From NCBI GenBank assembly GCA_964552475.1, contig CAZKFZ010000007.1:1-36646 (forward strand): a stretch of DNA of 36,646 nucleotides, read 5' to 3'. A program made the position numbers and the translations under genes. The stretch is from an uncultured Candidatus Saccharibacteria bacterium (GTDB lineage: Bacteria > Patescibacteriota > Saccharimonadia > CAILAD01 > BJGX01). Positions 23,894 through 30,579 of the stretch are shown here, one piece after another. The notes beneath the pieces are model-generated. The model was not told the origin of the DNA. It saw only the letters and a list, made by a program, of their open reading frames with translations, and ran no database searches. The first letter of the stretch is position 1; each line of letters begins with the position of its first letter.

Positions 23894-24394
23894 TAATTTT
23901 AGAATTATTGCAATATGGTTACGGGCCAACGTATCTGCCCTGTAAAAGTAAAACTTTAAGTGGCACACGCTGGCCCGTTAAAGTCTGCTCTAAAAGCGAT
24001 TCTAAAGCGGACATTGGCTGTCAATTCACAATATCTACAAAAGATAGCAAAAATTGTGGTTGACGACTTCCCTACCACTCTTTTGGCAGTCCGGCTAGAC
24101 TATGCACCCCAAAAAAATAGGGCGCAAAGTCTAGCCGTCTCCGTCGGAATGATAGCGCTATATATAACTAGGTAAGGTGCAAAACGGTTTGTATTTTGTA
24201 TTATATATAGCATAAACCTCGAACAGTAGGGAAAATCTGGTCATAAAAAGCAAGGGGGCTGCTTTTTATGAACCAGGTCTTCCCTACCGAGCAGGATAAC
24301 GGCGATCCTTTATAGTTCATGGATCGTAACATTGTATTGATAAAACATATGTGTGTGGCATATTTTTATTTTTGTTTTTAATGAACTATTACTT
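23868..24394 (-). ncRNA. unclassified structured non-coding RNA (~525 nt transcription unit)
   Basis: No ORF of 60 aa or more lies on this strand, and the unit is bracketed by a consensus promoter (24401-24429) and a hairpin+U6 terminator. The 23920-24330 core is visibly more GC-rich than its AT-rich flanks. Helix set 1 is 24226-24233/24280-24287, 24237-24241/24272-24276 and 24242-24252/24260-24270. Helix set 2 is 24093-24101/24128-24136 plus 24103-24109/24120-24126. Helix 3 is 24027-24032/24053-24058. Helix 4 is 23921-23932/23967-23978, and its loop (23953-23959) can pair with 23978-23984 to form an H-type pseudoknot. Two helix positions are G-U on the minus-strand RNA but A-C on the plus strand. 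Confidence 0.55.
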
Positions 24395-24400
24395 AGTACA

Positions 24401-24429
24401 ATTGTATCAAATGCTTATGTTTATGTCAA
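24401..24429 (-). promoter_or_regulatory. near-consensus sigma70-type promoter driving the unclassified RNA
   Basis: The minus strand reads TTGACA (24429-24424), a 17-nt spacer, then TACAAT (24406-24401). It lies ~55 nt downstream of the trpS stop. Confidence 0.6.
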
Positions 24430-24481
24430 TATTTATTAACGTAATTATTACAATCATACCTGTTGAGCTATATAGACTTAT

Positions 24482-25465
24482 TTACAACAAACCAATTTTA
24501 TTTTTAACTTCTTCAAGCTTTTTGTTGGCTATTTCGCGAGCTTTAGAGTTTCCCTTCTCTACTATGCTCATTAATTTCGATTCATCGCTTCGCACAGATA
24601 TAAACTTAGACTGTAGATCTGCTAGATGACTAGATACTAATTCACCCAGATCCGCTTTAAACTCTGCATATCCAGATTTTGCATATTTTTTCTCTATTTC
24701 AGTAAGACTCATGTTACTAAAACCAGAGTATATCTCCATTAAGTTAGATATAGCCGGCTTAGATTCTTTGTTGTATCTTACTATGTTGTCAGAATCGGTG
24801 ACTGCACGCTTGAACTTATTAAGTACGCTATCTGTAGGATCAGATAGTAGAACAGAACTATCAGGATTATTACTTTTACTCATTTTATGTTTAGGGTCGT
24901 CTAAACTCATTATTCTAGATCCAGTTTTTGGTATAGTTGCTTTAGGTAAAACAAAAGTTTCGCCATATAATTTATTGAATCTTGTGGCAATATCACGTGT
25001 TAGTTCTATATGCTGTATCTGATCTTCACCAACTGGCACTTCATTACTATCATATAATAATATATCTGCCGCCATAAGTGCTGGATAATTAAAGAAGCCC
25101 GCCAATAGGCCTTCTGGGCCTATCTTTTTTGCCTTATCCTTGTATTGAGTCATTCGGCTAAGTTCACCCATAGTTACATAGTTTTCTAATATCCAGGCAA
25201 GCTCACTATGCGCCGACACCATCGACTGAACCAGTATAATAGATTTATTTGGGTCAACTCCAACAGTAATTAGCCAAGCAACCAAATCTAGAGTTCTTCG
25301 CTTGAGCTCTACAGGGTCTTGTCTAACTGTAATAGCATGGGAATTTGGTATAAAGAATATTGTACGGTTTTCACCCTGTTCTTTAGGCCAGTGCTTCATA
25401 GCTCCTAGGTAGTTACCAATGGTCATATCGCCAGTTGGTTTCAGACCTGAAAATATAGTCTTCAT
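24482..25465 (-). CDS. trpS: tryptophan--tRNA ligase
   Basis: The 327-aa ORF has a class I HIGH-like GNYLGA region, a KMSKS motif (KHKMSKS), and overall TrpS length and layout. Confidence 0.95.
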   Translation of the reverse strand: MKTIFSGLKPTGDMTIGNYLGAMKHWPKEQGENRTIFFIPNSHAITVRQDPVELKRRTLDLVAWLITVGVDPNKSIILVQSMVSAHSELAWILENYVTMGELSRMTQYKDKAKKIGPEGLLAGFFNYPALMAADILLYDSNEVPVGEDQIQHIELTRDIATRFNKLYGETFVLPKATIPKTGSRIMSLDDPKHKMSKSNNPDSSVLLSDPTDSVLNKFKRAVTDSDNIVRYNKESKPAISNLMEIYSGFSNMSLTEIEKKYAKSGYAEFKADLGELVSSHLADLQSKFISVRSDESKLMSIVEKGNSKAREIANKKLEEVKNKIGLL

Positions 25466-25472
25466 AGGTAAT

Positions 25473-25478
25473 ATTATA
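25473..25478 (-). promoter_or_regulatory. extended -10 box placed for a leaderless trpS transcript
   Basis: The minus strand reads TGATATAAT, then 7 nt (ATTACCT), then ATG at 25465. The box sits in the 18-nt gap after rmuC. Confidence 0.45.
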
Positions 25479-25483
25479 TCATA

Positions 25484-26575
25484 CTAATCATCTTGCCGAG
25501 GCTTTTCTACTTCAAGTAGGTCAATAACAGCATCTGTTGAAGCTATTTTCACAACATCTTTATCGATTTTCTTAAGTTCTCTGTGTGCAGTATTGTAGTG
25601 GTTTACGGTAGTGCCAAGTGAATTTCCTAACTTGTGCATATATTCGTCATAGTTCCCAATATGTTTACCTAGTTGACCAACTCTTTTTTGAATTTCCTTG
25701 GCCTGGTCTTCTATCTGAAGACTTCTTAAGCCTTGAAGGACTGTTTGAAGATAAGCTAAGAATGATGTTGGCGACACAATAATCACTCTTTTTTCCCTAA
25801 ATGCATACTCTATTAAGTCTTGTGAGCTTGTTTGCATGGCGCCAATTTTATTAACTAGTAGATCATAATATATTGCTTCTGAAGGTATAAACATAAAAGC
25901 AAAATCCATTGTACCCATACTAGGTTGAATATATTTGGAAGTCTCATCTATTCTAGACTTAAGGTCGGCTTTAAACTGTTTAATAATGTTAGCTTTGGTA
26001 GTAACGTCCTTTGTTTCAATAAGTCTGTTATAGTTCTCTAAGCTAAATTTCGAATCAACTGGTAGGATCTTATCATCTTGTAAGAATATGGCAGCGTCTA
26101 CAACCATATCCTTACCGTCTTCACCACGACCTATTTTATGTTGCAACTTAAACTGCTCAGGTGGTAATACGTTTTCTAAAACTGAGCCTAGGTAGTACTC
26201 ACCTAAGACTCCTCTTTGTTTAGGGTTTGATAAGACGTTCTGAAGTGTTTTGAGTTCGTCGGCCACATCTACAACCTTTTTATTAGTTTCGTCGAGTTTT
26301 GTAAGTCGATTATTGACATCAGCAATAAGTTTCGCAGACTCACTAAGCTGCTTTTGCACTGATTCGCTGGTACTCGCTTGTGACCTATCGATGCGCTCGT
26401 GAATTTGCGTTTGCGATTGTGTTAAGGATTGACTAAGACCTTGTATATCTTGCTTGAGAGAACCTACTGCCTCCTCTTCTTTTAAGGACTGTAAACGGGA
26501 ATTAAATGATAAGAACAGCATAACGAAGCCCAGAATCATGATAAAAAGTAATATAATTAGTAGAATTGTAATCAT
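25484..26575 (-). CDS. rmuC: DNA recombination protein RmuC
   Basis: An N-terminal TM helix and coiled coil are followed by the RmuC nuclease-like core (FAFMFIPSEAIYYDLL, VIIVSPTSFLAYLQ). I prefer ATG 26575 (MITILL...) over the TTG at 26593 used by the ORF track. Confidence 0.9.
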   Translation of the reverse strand: MITILLIILLFIMILGFVMLFLSFNSRLQSLKEEEAVGSLKQDIQGLSQSLTQSQTQIHERIDRSQASTSESVQKQLSESAKLIADVNNRLTKLDETNKKVVDVADELKTLQNVLSNPKQRGVLGEYYLGSVLENVLPPEQFKLQHKIGRGEDGKDMVVDAAIFLQDDKILPVDSKFSLENYNRLIETKDVTTKANIIKQFKADLKSRIDETSKYIQPSMGTMDFAFMFIPSEAIYYDLLVNKIGAMQTSSQDLIEYAFREKRVIIVSPTSFLAYLQTVLQGLRSLQIEDQAKEIQKRVGQLGKHIGNYDEYMHKLGNSLGTTVNHYNTAHRELKKIDKDVVKIASTDAVIDLLEVEKPRQDD

Positions 26576-26581
26576 GTATCT

Positions 26582-26587
26582 ATTATA
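26582..26587 (-). promoter_or_regulatory. -10 box placed for a leaderless rmuC transcript
   Basis: The minus strand reads TATAAT, then 6 nt (AGATAC), then ATG at 26575. Confidence 0.4.
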
Positions 26588-26651
26588 CCGCAATTATATA
26601 CGAACACAAGCCGAATAGATACTATTTAATGAAGGTTAGTAGCTAGTTATA

Positions 26652-27005
26652 CTAAAATTCTTCAGTTAAAAGTCTTTGAAGTGTTTTGAATATCGCAAGG
26701 ACCAAGAAAATAAAGGTTAATAGTAAAAGACCTGTCTGTATATAGGCAACCATTAGAAAAGCAAAGCCTTCTGGTGAACTTTCACCTGTAAATAGAACAC
26801 TATACATAACAAACTTTATAGCCTGTACTGCCAAAAAACACCCTAGTGCATACAATAGGTACTTTTTAGCTTGACTCAGTGCTAATCTTTGAGCTCTCTC
26901 TCTCGATCTTATCTTGGCTTTTTGAGCCAATGAATAACCAGAACTTCCAATATGTCGTACTTTGGTACTTTTTGGTTTGGTAACTCTGCGTTTATTGGTT
27001 TTCAT
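26652..27005 (-). CDS. hypothetical membrane protein with a basic N-terminus and 2-3 TM helices
   Basis: This is a 117-aa ORF with TATAAT 9 nt upstream of the ATG. I recognise no family for it. Confidence 0.6.
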   Translation of the reverse strand: MKTNKRRVTKPKSTKVRHIGSSGYSLAQKAKIRSRERAQRLALSQAKKYLLYALGCFLAVQAIKFVMYSVLFTGESSPEGFAFLMVAYIQTGLLLLTFIFLVLAIFKTLQRLLTEEF

Positions 27006-27175
27006 TTATAAACTATTATAGCATAACAACTATATATTGGTTAGGGAATGTTTATATATTATCTAGTTTTATTTATATATAGACTGTATTATACAATATT
27101 ATGAGCATTGATATTTTACTTGTGTGACGGGTAAATATTATCTGCAAGTAATGTGTATATGAGCACATTTAATAT

Positions 27176-27688
27176 TCATCTAAACCACCAAGGCGTATTG
27201 ACAACTCTAGTAGATACTCTACCGCTATACTTAATGGTATGACGCGGTTTATTAGGAAAATAACGTTCTACTACACCTAGCCAATTTTCCTTGAGCCATT
27301 TTTGCTGTTTAAAATATAGATCTTCCAGTCCACGCTCCGCGAACTCACGGCGTATCACTCCTCCACTATGTGGATGTTTTTGTTTTTGTTGGTGAGGAGA
27401 ATTGAATCCATGGGCGTAGTGGGTCATTTCGTGCACTATAGTAGCTACTACCACATATTCAGGTATATACAGATCTCGATAAAGTGGATTTATAGTAATA
27501 ATAGTGCTTTGGCGATCTTTTGGGTCTAAGCTAATCGACCCTAGCCTACGTTTGGCTTTTCTACCATAGCGTATATGCACTTTATTTGTTTGTTCTATGT
27601 CTGAGAAGTGCCTATACCATATATCGGCTAGTAAGTTTTCTAGCCATTCTTGATCTCTTGTATCACTCATCTGGGCCTGGTTACTCAT
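27176..27688 (-). CDS. HExxH zinc-metallopeptidase-like protein (SprT / DUF45-like)
   Basis: The 170-aa ORF contains RRLGSISL...TIITINPL followed by VATIVHEMTHYAHG, the layout of SprT/DUF45 minimal metalloproteases. Its ATG overlaps the helicase TGA stop in an ATGA at 27685-27688. Confidence 0.75.
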   Translation of the reverse strand: MSNQAQMSDTRDQEWLENLLADIWYRHFSDIEQTNKVHIRYGRKAKRRLGSISLDPKDRQSTIITINPLYRDLYIPEYVVVATIVHEMTHYAHGFNSPHQQKQKHPHSGGVIRREFAERGLEDLYFKQQKWLKENWLGVVERYFPNKPRHTIKYSGRVSTRVVNTPWWFR

Positions 27689-30528
27689 AATAATGTCCCA
27701 AATTTTACCTGGCTAGACCCCAGATCGGAAAATTTATTACTACGAATACTCTGGGCCAGCTTCTTGAGTAGATCTATGGTTTTTTGGTTATCAATTATAT
27801 CACTTTTGGCCAAAATGTTGTTCTCTACAAAGTATAAACTCACGGAATCAACCGGAGATTGATGTGTTTTTTGCCACGCTAGAGCATATATCTTCATTTG
27901 CAAGCTATCTTTGAGGCGTTGATTAGCTTTTTTAAAGGAACTCACATCTCCTGTCTTAAAGTCTCTGATCTCAACTACGCCCTCTCTGTTATATATTGCG
28001 TCGTACCGACCACTCACCCTTAATTTTATATCTTCCAATCTTAATACAAAAGGCTTCTCGACGGCCATTGGTAAATCTAGATGCGCTTCTTCACGTGTAT
28101 AAAATTGACTTAGTGCTTTTTTGCCAGCTTCAAACCTACTTTTTTCGTGCTGTAGCGATACAAATCCTTCACTTTTCCAGCTATTCTCAAAACTGCTAAG
28201 CATATCTTTTAGCTCTACTGGTTGGTTATTTAGTTTAGCGCGATAATACAGCTCAATAGCGGCATGTATTGCCGACCCATAAACCAGTGTATGGAATGGT
28301 CCTTTTGGTAGCTGTAACACGTCGAAATACCAAAATTCCTTAGGTGAACGTAGGTAGTCAGCTATCTGGTTGGTACTTAAATTTAACCACCCAAACTCGT
28401 CTATATACTTATGCAATGGATCTTTGGTAGATATACTTGGTAACTCTGCAAAAGCCTTAATTGTCTCAATAGACGCGGTTATGGCTTTTTGGCTTAATGT
28501 TATAGCTGTAGAGGTGGCCTCCTCAATAAATCTTGAAGGTTTTTTTAATCTTTTTCCGCCATGATCAAAAGACATAGTGAGGTACAACTTGTATTTTGCC
28601 CTGGTCATACCAACGTAAAACAATCTCCTCTCTTCTTGTATGTGCCAATCTATAGAATTGTCACTTTCGGCTAGTAGTCCTCGAGGTATGGGTATCTTAT
28701 CGCTCATATTTTTTGATGGAAAGGTCTGTTCGGTTAGATCTATCATAAAAACAACATCAAACTCCAGGCCTTTGGCCTTATGAAGAGTCATTATGGCAAC
28801 CGAGTTAGAGTCTAGGGGTGATGGCTGTATTAATATGTCAGATTCACTTTGACGAATATCATTCAGGTAACTCCAGAATGCTAGAATATGAGGATTATAA
28901 CTGTTGGCCAACTCGAATTCTTTTACAATATTGAAAAATTGGGATATATTCTGAATTTTTTGTACTACCGATGGGTCTGTGTTTGCTTTATTAATTAGTT
29001 CAGGTAAATAACCAGAACTCTCAATATATTTATACAAAAGTTGTCCTGCCGAAATATCTAAAGCTTCTGTTCGATAACTATCTAGAGAGGTTAAGACAGT
29101 TTCGACAATACTACCAGATAGAGTATCGTTTTTTCGTAGGTACTCCTCTAGACTAAGGTTAGCTCGACTCGCTCTGGAGCTATAGGGTGCTATCTCATCT
29201 AGCGATACTTTATACAAATCAGACACCATAAGTCCGTACAGTGCATCTGAGGCATTCGGATCGTTAAGAGCCCTTACGAAATTGAGTAAAACTTTTATTT
29301 CGGGTTGCTCCAGCAAGTTCTGACTTTCGGCAACTACAAAAGGAATGTGTAGCTTTTGTAGAGAATGCGCAATATCCTTCGCCTGGCTATTCTTGCGTAG
29401 CAAAATTGCTATTTTTGAATAGCTAATTTTCTGTTTTTTATTCAACTCTTGTATTTTTGAAGCAACAAAATCCATTTCTTCAACTATTGTTGTGCTTGAG
29501 TCTACAACAACGTCTGATTCATTTTTTAAACCTTTAAGTTTCTTGGTTATATTGTTCTCTATCTCTAATCTATACGGATTATTATTCTGAATTAGAGTAT
29601 AAGAGCTATCAAGAATTTTTTGACCTGAGCGATAGTTATTATTTAGTACAATCTGCTTGGCATCTGGATAGTCCTTGGTGAAATTTAATATATTAGAGAT
29701 AGATGCACCTCTAAAACGATATATGGACTGGTCGTCGTCACCAACCACCATAATATTGCGTTGTTTCTGTGACAACATTTTAACCAGATAGTTCTGACAG
29801 TAATTGGTGTCTTGAAATTCATCTACTAATATATATAAATATACAGATTGATAGTGTTGCAGTATAGTTGGTTTTGTTTCTAAAAGTTCGATAGCTAACA
29901 TAATCTGATCGCCGTGATCAATCATCCCTTTTTGTTGCGACAAGTTTTGATACTTTGTGTATATCGCACTAATTTCTTTAATTCTTAAAATTTCATTTGG
30001 CTCATTGTTTTTGTTCTTGCTATATTTTTTTACAAATTCTTTGAATTTATCGCTACTGATGTTGTCATCTTTAAGTCTAGATATAAACTTAAGTATTGCC
30101 GAAACAAAACTATAAGGGTTACCTAAAGGTTTGTAGTAACTTAAGCTAAGTTCATTTATTACTTGTTGCATCATTATTGATTGTTGGAAATTTGACATCA
30201 CCGTAAAATCCGACTGTAAACCTATAGCAAAACCATTCTCGCGCAAAATCTTATCACCTAATGCGTGAAAAGTTGATATATGTGTGTCGGTTAATCCATA
30301 AGGTAAAAGGCTATCTACCCTATCTTCCATTTCTGAAGCAGCTTTTTCTGTAAATGTAAGTGCTAAAATGTTATGACTCTTAACGTTATGGTGCTTTATA
30401 AGATGGGCTATGCGTAAACTTATCACTGCCGTTTTACCAGTGCCTGCACCAGCAATAACTATTGCCGGCCCCAAATTATGCTCCACTGCTAGTTTCTGTG
30501 CAGTATTTAGTTTTCTTACCTCACTCAT
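27685..30528 (-). CDS. UvrD/PcrA-family SF1 helicase fused to a C-terminal PD-(D/E)XK (RecB-like) nuclease domain
   Basis: The 947-aa ORF has Walker A GAGTGKT, DEFQDTN, VGDDDQSIYRFRGA, TLHKAKGLEFDVVF and VGMTRAK. The C-terminus carries GRYDAIY...EIRDFKTG...QMKIYALAW, which matches the D, ExK and QxxxY nuclease motifs. Confidence 0.88.
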   Translation of the reverse strand: MSEVRKLNTAQKLAVEHNLGPAIVIAGAGTGKTAVISLRIAHLIKHHNVKSHNILALTFTEKAASEMEDRVDSLLPYGLTDTHISTFHALGDKILRENGFAIGLQSDFTVMSNFQQSIMMQQVINELSLSYYKPLGNPYSFVSAILKFISRLKDDNISSDKFKEFVKKYSKNKNNEPNEILRIKEISAIYTKYQNLSQQKGMIDHGDQIMLAIELLETKPTILQHYQSVYLYILVDEFQDTNYCQNYLVKMLSQKQRNIMVVGDDDQSIYRFRGASISNILNFTKDYPDAKQIVLNNNYRSGQKILDSSYTLIQNNNPYRLEIENNITKKLKGLKNESDVVVDSSTTIVEEMDFVASKIQELNKKQKISYSKIAILLRKNSQAKDIAHSLQKLHIPFVVAESQNLLEQPEIKVLLNFVRALNDPNASDALYGLMVSDLYKVSLDEIAPYSSRASRANLSLEEYLRKNDTLSGSIVETVLTSLDSYRTEALDISAGQLLYKYIESSGYLPELINKANTDPSVVQKIQNISQFFNIVKEFELANSYNPHILAFWSYLNDIRQSESDILIQPSPLDSNSVAIMTLHKAKGLEFDVVFMIDLTEQTFPSKNMSDKIPIPRGLLAESDNSIDWHIQEERRLFYVGMTRAKYKLYLTMSFDHGGKRLKKPSRFIEEATSTAITLSQKAITASIETIKAFAELPSISTKDPLHKYIDEFGWLNLSTNQIADYLRSPKEFWYFDVLQLPKGPFHTLVYGSAIHAAIELYYRAKLNNQPVELKDMLSSFENSWKSEGFVSLQHEKSRFEAGKKALSQFYTREEAHLDLPMAVEKPFVLRLEDIKLRVSGRYDAIYNREGVVEIRDFKTGDVSSFKKANQRLKDSLQMKIYALAWQKTHQSPVDSVSLYFVENNILAKSDIIDNQKTIDLLKKLAQSIRSNKFSDLGSSQVKFGTLL

Positions 30529-30534
30529 AGATAT

Positions 30535-30540
30535 ATTATA
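30535..30540 (-). promoter_or_regulatory. -10 box placed for a leaderless helicase transcript
   Basis: The minus strand reads TATAAT, then 6 nt (ATATCT), then ATG at 30528. It lies inside a 51-bp divergent intergenic region. Confidence 0.4.
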
Positions 30541-30579
30541 TAGTCTGTTAGGCGCTGGTGATAGTGATTATTAAGTGAT

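Noticed and set aside
23960-24175. A 71-aa plus-strand ORF inside the 1-kb gap
   Set aside because: It starts at a GTG with no ribosome-binding site and lies opposite to all neighbouring genes. It coincides exactly with the GC-rich base-paired core, and its sequence shows no protein-like features. It is better explained as a chance ORF within a structured RNA gene.
23918-24330. A closing P1-like helix (GTTACG 23918-23923 with CGTAAC 24325-24330) and a long-range CTGCTC/GAGCAG pairing (23985-23990 with 24289-24294)
   Set aside because: Each is only 6 bp, which chance can produce in 400 nt. The first also overlaps 3 nt of a much stronger 12-bp local hairpin. This is too weak to assert without covariation.
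23868-24394. Assigning the structured RNA to RNase P RNA, tmRNA, SRP RNA or a T-box leader
   Set aside because: There are partial look-alikes: AAAGTCTGCTC on the plus strand, and GGTAGGGAAGAC/GGTAGGGAAGTC and AGAGTGGTAGGG on the minus strand. However, there is no ACAGAA..CGGCTTA partner for a P4 helix, no T-arm/CCA end or Ala-rich tag ORF, no GGAA-tetraloop SRP domain IV, and no GGGTGGTACCGCG. The candidate motifs sit inside strong local hairpins that are incompatible with those folds. The RNA is left unclassified pending a covariance-model search.
26576-26593. A TTG start extending rmuC by 6 aa
   Set aside because: The extension contains the TATAAT box itself. ATG 26575 begins directly with the TM helix typical of RmuC N-termini.
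27176-27178. Alternative genetic code (UGA recoding, as in some CPR lineages)
   Set aside because: TGA terminates three well-delimited genes: the metalloprotease at 27176, the helicase at 27685 and smpB at 34822. All conserved proteins are full length under the standard code.
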